DNA from: a virus | Taxonomy: Duplodnaviria; Caudoviricetes | IMG/VR virus record: IMGVR_UViG_3300038520_001382 | Span: 1-49,639 of that record | Reading direction: 5' to 3' (one strand) | DNA: 49,639 nucleotides | Part shown: positions 1 through 9,431 of the stretch, in pieces | Layout of the letters: each line of letters begins with the position of its first letter | Numbering within the stretch: position 1 is the first letter of the stretch | Translations under genes and position numbers: made by a program | The notes under the pieces: generated by a model | What the model was told of the DNA's origin: nothing | Seen by the model: only the letters and a program-made list of their open reading frames with translations | Databases searched by the model: none

Positions 1-2
1 CA

Positions 3-3000
3 TCCCCCGCAGAAACAGTCCATATTGTAGGTAATACGTTCAACACAGGACAAATTCGCGCAAACACTGGAACTGCGGCAAATCCAAACTTTACCATTGA
101 TGGTGGAGCAGGAATGTTCAAACCAGTAAGTAATGTGATTGCTTTTTCCACAAATAGTACGGAGCGAGTTCGTATAAACAGCACAGGAGTGGGTATTGGA
201 ACCACAGCCCCTGATAGTCTTTTGCATCTAAAATCTACAGGCGATACCAGAATGACTATTGAATCGCCTGATGCAAATGATTCATATATAAATTTCAGCG
301 GTGCAACAAATGAAATGAGTTTAGGATTTGATACATCTGATGCCGCAATGTATATAACAAATCATGGGACAATCACAGCCAATAGACGAGTTACTATAAA
401 AACTAATGGCAACGTGGGTCTGGGAACCGAATCTCCCGCGCTAAACCTTCATGTTGCGGGAGCTATGAGAGTAGATTCTACTGACGGAATAGCGGCAAGA
501 ATAATTAGATCAAGTTACTTTTCAAGTAGTCAAAATTTAGACTTAGCATCAGGTGCATCTGCAAATATAATTCTCACAACGAGTAAAGTTGGCATTGGGA
601 TCACATCGCCAACATCAAAACTTCATGTTTCGGCAAGCCCAAGCGCGACCGCTCCATCAGTCCACTTTTTGCAAAGTGGGGCAAGTAATAAACCAACTCT
701 TCATATCGAACAAACTGGTGATGGTGGAAACCCTAATGTTACTCAAGGTTTATTAGTTGAGATTGCGGGAACTAATGATGGAAGTTCAAAATTAATTCAA
801 GCTGTAGGCAAAAATAGCAATCTAAATAGCGGTAATGATATAAACGCCTTTACCGTGACAAATGGTGGAAATGTTGGAATCGGTGTAGAAAATCCCGCTG
901 TTCCTTTAGACGTTCACTGTAATACAAGTGCAAATGGCATAAGAGTTAGGGGGCGATCATCTGATAATATTGCTCAGATTACATTGACAGATAGTGGTGG
1001 CACTGCACGAAATCAAATTCAAGGAAGTGCAACATATCTAAACATCAAAACTTTTCCATCAAGTCCTATTGCATTTTTTACAGGTGGAACGGAAAGAGGT
1101 AGGTTTGATAGTTCTGGAAATTTTTTAGTATCTCAAACAGCCGCAGATTCCAACTCGGTAGGAATTGGTTTACTTGCAAATGGTACAGCCTATGCAGTCA
1201 GAAGTGGAGCACAAGCTTTTATTGCACATCGTAAGTCAGATGATGGAACAATTATTAAATTAGAAAAAGATAACGCACAAATAGGGGCGTTAGGTAGTAA
1301 TTCTGCGGGTGGTGTACCAGTATTTGATATTTCAACTCATCCGACATCTGGAATTATGAGAATGATAACATCTGGATCAGAGCGTGTACGCATCGATAAT
1401 TCTGGTCGTTTACTCATTGGGACGACAAGCACGACTCCAGGATTCTCTACAACAAACGGACATGCTTTTCATGTAGGAGATGCATCACATATATCTCGTG
1501 ATCAAGGTGTTGCTCTAGTTATAAATAGAGGAACGAATGATGGTGGAATAGTACAGTTCAGAAAATCAGGCACTTATGTAGGCGGTATTGAGTCAAGGGC
1601 GGGCGTGGTAACAACACTTCTTTTAAATCCCGCATCTGGAAATGGCGCGGGTATTTCAGGGGGAACAAAGTGTATTGTACCCGCAGACGAATCAGGAATT
1701 ATTGATAATGACATAAGTTTAGGTATAAGTACTCATAGATTTAAAAACTTACACTTAAGCAATGTTGCAAATGCACCAAGCGTTGTTACAGACAACATTT
1801 ATGTCGCAGAAGATATTAAGCACACTGATGATTCTGACACTTATATAAGTTTTGACAATAACAGCCAGATATTTTATTCGGGTGGAACACGAAGCATCGA
1901 TCTGAATCCAGGATCAATAGTTCTTAACGAAGGTGGCGGTGATCAAGACTTTAGAGTAGAAGGTGTAGGCAAAAGTCATTTGTTATTTACAGATGCCGCA
2001 AATGGTCGGGTTGGCATAAATATATCAAATCCTACACAGACTCTTGATGTTAACGGTGGCGCTAATGCGTCAGCAAGATTTATTACAGGAAACTCAGCGG
2101 CACTATTTAGTCAATACAATAGTGGAGCAGTGTTGTGGCTTGATGGATCAGATGGCGATTTTGCGGGCGGAGATTACTTTGGGATACACGCACAATCAGC
2201 AACAGATTTTTATTTTAGTTATGCTTCCGCAAGAATAATGACCCTTACGAGTGGATCTCTTGTCGGTATTGGAACTTCAGCACCCGCAAATAAATTGCAC
2301 GTTTACAAAGGAGATAGTGGACATACTTGGAATTTTGATGGGGGTGATGGTTTTATTCTTGAAAACAGCGATTCTTTAAGCATAAACATAGCTGTTCCTG
2401 CGGCAAATAGCGGCAACATTTTATTTTCTGACGCAGACGCTAGAGGTCAAGGGCGCATTTCTTATACCCATAGTAATGATGTAATGTCATTTATGACAGC
2501 AGGTATCAGTAGTGAGCGAATGCGGATTCACTCTAATGGTGCTGTAGGCATAGGTACAACCACAACCACAGGCGCGGGTGGTTTGATTGTTGATAATGAC
2601 ATAAAAACAAACTCAAGATATGGTGTTGGATCGTTTGGTAATGTAAGCAACCCCGCATTTTATGTTTTAGCAGATACAGATACAGGTATATATTTTCCAG
2701 ACTTTAATCATATTGGTTTAGTAACGGGTGGTGTTGAGCGATTACATATAGATAACAATGGGAATGTTGGTATTGGGACTGATACTCCAGATGAGTTTAG
2801 CATCGGTAATGCTTTTAAATATTTAGCCGTTGGAGGTGATAAACCAGGTATTTTAAATCTTGTGGATGACAGTGTAAATGGGTCTTATCTACAGTTTGGT
2901 ACTGCCGCAGGTGTAAGACGCGCATCAATTCATGCAACAAGTGGCTCAGATCTTGCATTTACAGTAAATGCTTCAAATAGTGGTATCAGTTTAACTGAAG

Positions 3001-4298
3001 CTATGCGTATTGATAATTCTGGTTCTTTAATTATAAATAATGGTGGATCAGGAAATGGAGTAGTTAAGATAAATGGTGCAACTGGAAGCTCAGAAGTACT
3101 AATATTCCAAAGAGGGGGTACAGAAGCAAGTAGGATCGGTCACAGTAATTCTGGTAATTTGCAATTTTTTACTGGTTCAAGTGCAACAGAGCGGGCAATG
3201 CTGACATCGGGTGGGAATTTTCTAATAGGCAAAACAGCAGATAACGATACTTCCGCAGGAATAAGATTTCAAAGCAATGGATCAGGTTCTTTTGTAAGAG
3301 ATAATAATAATGTTCTTACAGTAAATCGTCTTACTGGGAACGGAAACTTAATGGAGTTAAAAAAGGACTCGAGCCTTATTGGAACAATTGGTGTAGACAG
3401 TGGTGACAACTTATACATTGCTGGGTCTGCGTCTAATCATGCGGGTGTGTATTTAGGTACAAATGTAGTTGCTCCTCTCAGCGCAGGAAGTTTAACTGAC
3501 AATGCTGTTGATATAGGAAATTCCTCTTATCGTTTTCAAGACGCTCATTTTGCGGGAACAATAAACACTAGAGCTTTAACTGTAGAAAATGACATAAGTG
3601 GTGATGCTACTGTTCGCATTAAATCAACCTCTGCGGGTGACCCAACTTTAATATTTAATAGTTCTGCCGCAAACAGAAGTGGAATGATTAAGTATCAAGA
3701 TAACGGCACTAATGTTGGCAGAATTGAATATGTTCATAGTGCAGATAGAATTGATATGCGAGCGGGGTCAGCAACAGGCATAACCGCTAGTATAGTTAAT
3801 TCGGCTTTTTTAGTGGGCACAACCTCAATAGCAGATACCGACAATGCGATTACATTGCGTGACGATGGCAGAGCAACCTTTGCAAGCAATGTTAGTGGAA
3901 CTACGATTGAAGTAATAAGACATAGTAGCGGTACAGCTATAGAGTTTGTTAACACAGGCGGCTCACCTATTGTTGGTTCTATTACTGTTACTGGTAGCGC
4001 TACAGCATACAACACATCTTCAGATGCAAGATTAAAAGATAATATCGAAGATGCAAATGATAGCGGTGAAAAAATAGACGCTATTCAAGTCCGTCAGTTT
4101 GATTGGAAGTCAACTGGAAAACATCAAGATTTTGGAATGGTTGCACAAGAGTTAATCCATGTAGCTCCTGATGCTGTAACTGTACCAGAAGATACAGGCG
4201 AAATGATGTCTGTAGATTACTCAAAACTAGTTCCTTTACTTATGAAGGAAATTCAACAACTACGGGCGAGAGTCCATAAACTTGAAGAGGAAAAATAA
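3..4298 (+). CDS. Long modular tail fibre (C-terminal part, 5'-truncated) with C-terminal intramolecular chaperone (peptidase S74-like)
   Basis: Frame is open from base 3. About 12 repeats of ER(M/V)RIDxxGNVGIGTxxP. C-terminal YNTSSDARLKDNI...FDWK...GMVAQE...VDYSKLVPLL is an auto-cleaving chaperone motif. Confidence 0.9.
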   Translation, partial: SPAETVHIVGNTFNTGQIRANTGTAANPNFTIDGGAGMFKPVSNVIAFSTNSTERVRINSTGVGIGTTAPDSLLHLKSTGDTRMTIESPDANDSYINFSGATNEMSLGFDTSDAAMYITNHGTITANRRVTIKTNGNVGLGTESPALNLHVAGAMRVDSTDGIAARIIRSSYFSSSQNLDLASGASANIILTTSKVGIGITSPTSKLHVSASPSATAPSVHFLQSGASNKPTLHIEQTGDGGNPNVTQGLLVEIAGTNDGSSKLIQAVGKNSNLNSGNDINAFTVTNGGNVGIGVENPAVPLDVHCNTSANGIRVRGRSSDNIAQITLTDSGGTARNQIQGSATYLNIKTFPSSPIAFFTGGTERGRFDSSGNFLVSQTAADSNSVGIGLLANGTAYAVRSGAQAFIAHRKSDDGTIIKLEKDNAQIGALGSNSAGGVPVFDISTHPTSGIMRMITSGSERVRIDNSGRLLIGTTSTTPGFSTTNGHAFHVGDASHISRDQGVALVINRGTNDGGIVQFRKSGTYVGGIESRAGVVTTLLLNPASGNGAGISGGTKCIVPADESGIIDNDISLGISTHRFKNLHLSNVANAPSVVTDNIYVAEDIKHTDDSDTYISFDNNSQIFYSGGTRSIDLNPGSIVLNEGGGDQDFRVEGVGKSHLLFTDAANGRVGINISNPTQTLDVNGGANASARFITGNSAALFSQYNSGAVLWLDGSDGDFAGGDYFGIHAQSATDFYFSYASARIMTLTSGSLVGIGTSAPANKLHVYKGDSGHTWNFDGGDGFILENSDSLSINIAVPAANSGNILFSDADARGQGRISYTHSNDVMSFMTAGISSERMRIHSNGAVGIGTTTTTGAGGLIVDNDIKTNSRYGVGSFGNVSNPAFYVLADTDTGIYFPDFNHIGLVTGGVERLHIDNNGNVGIGTDTPDEFSIGNAFKYLAVGGDKPGILNLVDDSVNGSYLQFGTAAGVRRASIHATSGSDLAFTVNASNSGISLTEAMRIDNSGSLIINNGGSGNGVVKINGATGSSEVLIFQRGGTEASRIGHSNSGNLQFFTGSSATERAMLTSGGNFLIGKTADNDTSAGIRFQSNGSGSFVRDNNNVLTVNRLTGNGNLMELKKDSSLIGTIGVDSGDNLYIAGSASNHAGVYLGTNVVAPLSAGSLTDNAVDIGNSSYRFQDAHFAGTINTRALTVENDISGDATVRIKSTSAGDPTLIFNSSAANRSGMIKYQDNGTNVGRIEYVHSADRIDMRAGSATGITASIVNSAFLVGTTSIADTDNAITLRDDGRATFASNVSGTTIEVIRHSSGTAIEFVNTGGSPIVGSITVTGSATAYNTSSDARLKDNIEDANDSGEKIDAIQVRQFDWKSTGKHQDFGMVAQELIHVAPDAVTVPEDTGEMMSVDYSKLVPLLMKEIQQLRARVHKLEEEK

Positions 4299-4299
4299 A

Positions 4300-4635
4300 A
4301 TGGCAGCAACTTGGAAAATTGTTCAATTAGAACGTAACTCAAAAGCACCTAATAAGGACGGAGTAATTGTCGCACATTGGGATTGCACAGATAGTGAAAC
4401 AGTAGGAACTGGAGATAGCGCAGTAGACCATTACGGACGTGTGTACGGGTCAATTTCGTGGACTCCAGATTCTTCAAAAGAAGGTTATATTAAATATGCT
4501 GATTTAACTGAAGCTGATGTTATTGGTTGGATACACGCATCTGAGCAAGTCGATAAAGATGAAACTGAAGCAAGTGTAGCGGCTCAAATTGCTGAGTCTA
4601 AAGCACCCGCAGTAAAAATAGGTATGCCGTGGTAA
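4300..4635 (+). CDS. Small protein following the tail fibre (possible fibre assembly protein)
   Basis: ATG at 4300, just after the fibre stop. TWKIVQLER..AHW..PW pattern is typical of fibre-adjacent proteins in marine phages. Confidence 0.6.
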   Translation: MAATWKIVQLERNSKAPNKDGVIVAHWDCTDSETVGTGDSAVDHYGRVYGSISWTPDSSKEGYIKYADLTEADVIGWIHASEQVDKDETEASVAAQIAESKAPAVKIGMPW

Positions 4636-4823
4636 TTATAAGAACTTTTTTAATTTTGTTGTTTTTAAGTTCTTGTACCACGGTAGAATCAATAGATCCT
4701 TTGTTTACAAAAGAAGATATGAAATGTAGACAGGATTTAATTTTGTATTGCGAAGGTAGATTTCAAGCTGATTTGAAATGCGTTTGTGTGCCTAAAAATC
4801 AGATTGAGTTTATTAATTTTTAA
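4629..4823 (+). CDS. Putative small lipoprotein
   Basis: Hydrophobic N-terminus ending in lipobox-like LFLSSC, plus four further Cys. Confidence 0.5.
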   Translation: MVIIRTFLILLFLSSCTTVESIDPLFTKEDMKCRQDLILYCEGRFQADLKCVCVPKNQIEFINF

Positions 4824-4827
4824 CAAC

Positions 4828-4856
4828 TTTACCTGCATAGTTCATACTAATATAAT
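4828..4856 (+). promoter_or_regulatory. Sigma70-like promoter
   Basis: TTTACC-17 bp-TATAAT upstream of the 4895 ORF. Confidence 0.45.
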
Positions 4857-4894
4857 GTGTGGGTAATTTTAACTTTAACTTTTAAGGAAACATT

Positions 4895-5113
4895 ATGGAA
4901 AATGTAAATCAGGAAGAACCTAAAATTGTTGTTAATGAGAAAGAGTATTTGATAAACGATTTAAGTGATGAAGTAAAAGAATTGGTTTCGTTATGGGATC
5001 AAGCAAGGAATATGTCTATAAATGCGAAAAGACAAGCCGCTATACATGATCTTTCAGTTCAAAGTCTTTCTAAAATGGTTGAGGAAAAATTAGAAAACCC
5101 TGAAGAGGAATAA
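4895..5113 (+). CDS. Hypothetical protein
   Basis: AAGGA RBS, 72-aa acidic helical ORF. Confidence 0.7.
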   Translation: MENVNQEEPKIVVNEKEYLINDLSDEVKELVSLWDQARNMSINAKRQAAIHDLSVQSLSKMVEEKLENPEEE

Positions 5114-5120
5114 GGTACGT

Positions 5121-6929
5121 ATGGCGTATTTTAAGAGGGACAGATTTGGTGGCATTGCTCCTGGAGTTGCTCCACGTTTGTTAGCTGAGTCATTTGGACA
5201 ACTAGCTGAAAACGTGGATGTCGAATCTGGAAAATTAGTTGCGTTAAAAAATGATATTAATGTTGACATAAATACTACTCTTAATAATAACGCTCATTCA
5301 GGACAGTTAAATACTAGCAGTAAAAAATCTTTATATTTTTATAAGGATACGTTTTTTCTTGCGTTTGCAGCAGCTAATGTAAATGTTGTTCCTGGCCCTA
5401 TACCTGGCGACACAACGAATCGTATTTACATTACTGGTGCATTTCAAAATGCTCAAGGAACTGGAGATTTCCCTAGAGTCTTATCACAAACTGAAGTTTT
5501 AGAAGATAGCAATGGAGCAGACCCTGCAAATACTCCTCCTGCACGACCTGGTTTTAGGCTAGGTATACCTGCACCAGGCAGTGCGCCTACTACTACAGTA
5601 AGTGGATCTGCGAGCACGACACAAACACCGAATGATGTTAGCTATGTTTATACTTTTGTATCTTCTTTTGGAGAAGAAGGGCCGCCAAGTGCTCCTTCTA
5701 CTATAATTGAATTAACTGATACACAAACTGTAGTTGTAGATGTTCCAAGTTTTCCTACATCGGGAGCTTTTACAGATAACCGTAATTTTAATGCAGGGGC
5801 TAAAAAGCGTTTGTATCGTTCGAATACAGGTTCTACAAATACAACTTTTCAATTTGTTGCTGAAACAGACTATACCAACACGACTATAACAGATAATAAA
5901 GATGCTGATGAGTTGGGAGAAGTTTTACCAAGCTCAGATTGGATTGGGCCTCCTGACGATGACACTTCGTTGTATCCTGATGGCCCAATGATAAACTTGA
6001 TACCGTTAGCGCAAGGTGTTATGGCGGGTTTTACAGGTAAACGATTTTGTTTAAGTGAACCGTTTTTACCCCATGCGTGGCCTATAAGTTATAGAATAAC
6101 TTTGGAAGAAGATATTGTTGCAATTGCCAGTACAGCAAATGGTGTTGCTGCTTTAACCAATGGACAACCTTATTTTATTACAGGCACAGATCCCTCAGCA
6201 ATGGTGTCGGTTAGGATTGATTTTGCACAGGCTTGTGTCAATAGAAGTAGTGTTGTTGATATGGGAGATTATGTTTTATATGCAGGGCCAGATGGTTTGT
6301 GTGCAGTGCAAAGTGCTAGTGGTTCAGTGGTTACAAAAGGTTTAATTTCTGTCCCACAATGGAACTCTGATTTTTTCCCAACTCAAATAAAAGCTTTTTA
6401 TCATGAGGGTACTTATGTTGCTTTTTACCAAGATGGTTCAACTAATGCAGGTTGGATATATGACCCTCGGTCTGAAAATGCAACACTTACAACATTTACT
6501 ACATCGAGCGTAGTACAAGGTGGTTATACGATCCCAAAAACTGGTGAGTTACACATAATTATAGGTACTCGTGTTAAAAAATTTAGAGGCGATACAAGTA
6601 GTAGAACACTTAAATTTAAAAGTAAAAAGTTTGTTACGCCAACACCATTGTCTATGGCTTGGGTATCAGTTCATGCTGATTCTTATCCTGCCGTTGTAAA
6701 AGTTTTTGCAGACGGTACTTTGATTGCTGATTATTCAGTAGTTAAAAACAGTGCTGGTGATTTTACTCAAGTAACAACTGTACCGTCTGGTATAAGTAAT
6801 AAAATTATACGTGAACCTATTATGAGATTACCTGCAAAAATTGGGCAAGAGTGGGAAGTGCAAGTAGAAGGTTCTGATATTAATGAGTTTTGTTTGGCTC
6901 AAAGTATGGATGAAATCCGTGCGTTATGA
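5121..6929 (+). CDS. Tail nozzle / head-stabilisation protein (P22 gp10 / tubular protein B-like)
   Basis: 602 aa, beta-rich. FGGIAP..PRLL N-terminus and LSEPFLPHAWP motif typical of podovirus-type nozzle proteins; tail context. Confidence 0.6.
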   Translation: MAYFKRDRFGGIAPGVAPRLLAESFGQLAENVDVESGKLVALKNDINVDINTTLNNNAHSGQLNTSSKKSLYFYKDTFFLAFAAANVNVVPGPIPGDTTNRIYITGAFQNAQGTGDFPRVLSQTEVLEDSNGADPANTPPARPGFRLGIPAPGSAPTTTVSGSASTTQTPNDVSYVYTFVSSFGEEGPPSAPSTIIELTDTQTVVVDVPSFPTSGAFTDNRNFNAGAKKRLYRSNTGSTNTTFQFVAETDYTNTTITDNKDADELGEVLPSSDWIGPPDDDTSLYPDGPMINLIPLAQGVMAGFTGKRFCLSEPFLPHAWPISYRITLEEDIVAIASTANGVAALTNGQPYFITGTDPSAMVSVRIDFAQACVNRSSVVDMGDYVLYAGPDGLCAVQSASGSVVTKGLISVPQWNSDFFPTQIKAFYHEGTYVAFYQDGSTNAGWIYDPRSENATLTTFTTSSVVQGGYTIPKTGELHIIIGTRVKKFRGDTSSRTLKFKSKKFVTPTPLSMAWVSVHADSYPAVVKVFADGTLIADYSVVKNSAGDFTQVTTVPSGISNKIIREPIMRLPAKIGQEWEVQVEGSDINEFCLAQSMDEIRAL

Positions 6930-7345
6930 GTACAAGAATACCTGGAATACCAAGACCGCCAGCTAATTTAGATATTGAGACAAGGCGTTTTCTTGAAACT
7001 CTAACTGAAATTATTGAAATCCGTTTAGGTACGAGAGGAGATCCACTTGATAGAGCAGTTACTGCTAGAGAGTTAATTGCGAGTGGTGTAGCCGCAGAGC
7101 GTAAGACTACATCTTCTTTTGATACAAACGATATTACATCTACAACTACTGGTTTAGCACAACCTGCTATTTCTTCAACTGTAACTGCTCCTGCACTAGC
7201 AAGTATTGCGAGTGGTTTGAATACGCCAGAGAATCGTGTAATAGCGGCTCCAGGTTCTTTGTTTTTGAGAACTGATGGAGGGTCAAATACAACTTTATAT
7301 ATTAAAGAATCAGGTTTAGGTAACACTGGTTGGGTAGCAAAATGA
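6926..7345 (+). CDS. Putative tail/structural protein
   Basis: ATGA overlap with the upstream gene. C-terminal APGSLFLRTDGGSNTTLYIKESG..TGW resembles a tail-fibre segment. Confidence 0.6.
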   Translation: MSTRIPGIPRPPANLDIETRRFLETLTEIIEIRLGTRGDPLDRAVTARELIASGVAAERKTTSSFDTNDITSTTTGLAQPAISSTVTAPALASIASGLNTPENRVIAAPGSLFLRTDGGSNTTLYIKESGLGNTGWVAK

Positions 7346-7626
7346 AAAAGAAAGATCCTAAAGTTGGCACAGGTAAAAAACCTAAAGGTAGTGGTAGAAG
7401 ACTTTACACAGACGAAAACCCAAAAGATACTGTTCGTATTAAATACGCTACTCCAGCAGATGCTAGAAGAACTGTTGCAAAAGTTAAAAAGATTAATAAG
7501 CCTTTTGCTAGAAAAATACAAATTCTTACGGTTATGGAACAAAGAGCTAAAGTACAAGGTAAGAGAGAACAAGCAGCTATAGCTAAAAGAGGTAAAGAAG
7601 CAATACGAAAACAAAGAAATAAATAA
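7342..7626 (+). CDS. Small highly basic protein
   Basis: ATGA-coupled start at 7342; K/R-rich, GRRLYTDENPKDTV motif. Confidence 0.75.
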   Translation: MKKKDPKVGTGKKPKGSGRRLYTDENPKDTVRIKYATPADARRTVAKVKKINKPFARKIQILTVMEQRAKVQGKREQAAIAKRGKEAIRKQRNK

Positions 7627-7637
7627 GGAGAACTTTT

Positions 7638-7736
7638 ATGCATTGCATTAATAAGAAAGAAAAAAAGATGAAATCAAAGAAAATTAAGAAGGCAAAACAT
7701 AATAATAAAAGTAAAAAAATGCGTTATAGTTATTGA
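7638..7736 (+). CDS. Lys-rich 32-aa micro-protein (not in ORF track)
   Basis: AAGGAG RBS at 7625; MHCINKKEKKMKSKKIKKAKHNNKSKKMRYSY. Confidence 0.55.
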   Translation: MHCINKKEKKMKSKKIKKAKHNNKSKKMRYSY

Positions 7737-7778
7737 TTTTAGGGCGTGAGAGAGGCGCTCCTACGTGCGTAGAATTGT

Positions 7779-8186
7779 TTAATCGGCAGTGATTACCTTT
7801 TTAGGTAAATAAGTTTTATTAACTATAAACCCGACAACATCTAATATAGTAACTTTTTTCTTCATAAACATTTCTTTCGTTATTTTTTCAGAAAAATTAT
7901 TTAACTTTATATAAATATTATTTGGGCTTCCTATTATTAATGCAGAATGGGCAGCACACTGCATAGTATCCAACCAAGAAACTTGCATTGGTGATATAGA
8001 TGTTTTTATAAGTGTGGTAGATTTTACAGGTAATTTTTTAACGTATTTATATTCAACAAACAATACACTATTTTTTGCATATAACGCATCAGGGACTCCT
8101 GCTGCAAAAGAGTCGTGTATCTTCCACTTGAATATGTCAGATGGTAGTTTATGGTGAATTGATCTTATAAAACTATATTCATTCAT
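7779..8186 (-). CDS. VRR-NUC / Holliday-junction-resolvase-like PD-(D/E)xK nuclease
   Basis: N-terminal E, GVPD, FVEYK and Q..W motifs. Confidence 0.75.
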   Translation of the reverse strand: MNEYSFIRSIHHKLPSDIFKWKIHDSFAAGVPDALYAKNSVLFVEYKYVKKLPVKSTTLIKTSISPMQVSWLDTMQCAAHSALIIGSPNNIYIKLNNFSEKITKEMFMKKKVTILDVVGFIVNKTYLPKKVITAD

Positions 8187-8193
8187 AAATTAA

Positions 8194-8300
8194 TTGATCC
8201 GTTTTGGCTAAAGGTGGATCAAGCCTTTCTAGCCACCCTAAGGAGGTAGGGTCAGCCTTTCTAACTAACTATAACCCAGCCATTAGTCAGTTAGTTAGAA
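8194..8300 (-). ncRNA. Structured intergenic RNA element (hairpins plus H-type pseudoknot)
   Basis: 12-bp inverted repeat 8259-8270/8289-8300; hairpin 8235-8252; stem 8205-8214/8224-8235 whose loop (8216-8222) complements 8194-8200. Confidence 0.5.
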
Positions 8301-8962
8301 TACTTGGTAAATATATCTTCAGCTGTTTTGTAGTCTTCTTCATGTGTCCAACCTTCAAAAGCAACTTTCATACCGCTAAACGGTGTGCCACTTTTTGCAA
8401 CTGCACTGAATGAAGAAAGTTTCCAAAGACCTGCAAAACGATCACCTGGTTTCATACCAATCTGCGTGTTCCAGTTTCTTGAAACAGATTTTTTGGTACT
8501 AGCCATATCATAGATAACAGGCGAAGCTTCTAGCGCACCTGTATCTTTATTTTTGATTATTAGTAAATGTTCGTCTGTGTCTGTTGGTATCCAAAGCTGA
8601 GGCATACCAGTTGCTTCTATAGCTTCTGCCGCAAGAGCTTCTGTATCGTAAGTGCCTAACTTACCACCCCCTTGTCCTTTGGTACGATCTTTCCAAACAA
8701 CAGTTCTGTTTTTGAATAAAATATTAATGCAATATAATTCTGGGCCGTAGATTTCTTTTGTTAGTGTATTAAAGAAATCGCCCTCATTTGCATCTTTTTC
8801 AAAGTTAGGACTGTTTTTGTCTAGTTCGTCTGACATTTTTTGAAGCAATTTCAAACGGGGTATTTCAACATTTCGTCCGACATCTTCATTACCTCGATTT
8901 GCATCTCCAGCAATGTGTTTCGGTAGTTTGTCATTTGATAATGCTAACGCTGTGCTACTCAT
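8291..8962 (-). CDS. Putative single-stranded DNA-binding / replication accessory protein
   Basis: IPRLKLLQ..S motif, position in the replication module, AU-repeat leader. Function is inferred. Confidence 0.5.
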   Translation of the reverse strand: MSSTALALSNDKLPKHIAGDANRGNEDVGRNVEIPRLKLLQKMSDELDKNSPNFEKDANEGDFFNTLTKEIYGPELYCINILFKNRTVVWKDRTKGQGGGKLGTYDTEALAAEAIEATGMPQLWIPTDTDEHLLIIKNKDTGALEASPVIYDMASTKKSVSRNWNTQIGMKPGDRFAGLWKLSSFSAVAKSGTPFSGMKVAFEGWTHEEDYKTAEDIFTKYSN

Positions 8963-8976
8963 AGGCTTGTTTCCTG

Positions 8977-9004
8977 TGTTAAGTGTTAAATGTTAAATGT
9001 TAAA
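8977..9004. repeat. Four tandem heptamers TGTTAA(A/G)
   Basis: Copies at 8977, 8984, 8991 and 8998. Confidence 0.85.
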
Positions 9005-9431
9005 GTTTTTTAAAGTTAATCCTGCGTACAGTACGTGGAGCTAACCCTGGCACATCTTCTCCAGCTGCTAGTATCTCCTTGTATGCAACGGAACTAACTC
9101 TTTTTTGTAGCAACGCAAACTCTTTAGTATCGAGGATATGCTTATAAAAAGCATCCCAATCTTCTACTTCAGGGACGGTTGCTTCATTAATGGATACCGA
9201 AGCATTTTTATTCGCAGTGCGATTAATTTCTTCTTTATCCATTTTTGCAATGAGTAGACTATCTAAATAATCTAACTCTTGTTGCAATTCTTTTTTAGCT
9301 TGATTTATCTGATCCATATCAGCTTTTATCGTAGCTCTTTCGTCAATTAATTGATTCATTGACCAAGGATAGTTTGCTCTACTCCTAGGAGTAGGATGCG
9401 AATTAACTTCCTGTTTTTTCTGTATCATCAT
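9000..9431 (-). CDS. Conserved phage replication-module protein (coiled coil plus DWDAFY..LLQKRVS domain)
   Basis: ATGA overlap with the helicase gene; motif common next to phage SNF2 helicases. Confidence 0.7.
   Translation of the reverse strand: MMIQKKQEVNSHPTPRSRANYPWSMNQLIDERATIKADMDQINQAKKELQQELDYLDSLLIAKMDKEEINRTANKNASVSINEATVPEVEDWDAFYKHILDTKEFALLQKRVSSVAYKEILAAGEDVPGLAPRTVRRINFKKL

Noticed and set aside
3-4298. Diversity-generating retroelement or shufflon acting on the fibre
   Set aside because: No reverse transcriptase, no ~100-bp template/variable pair with adenine-specific differences, and no site-specific recombinase recognised.
6880-7643. Minus-strand ORFs of 244 and 79 aa
   Set aside because: Shadows of well-supported, coupled plus-strand genes.
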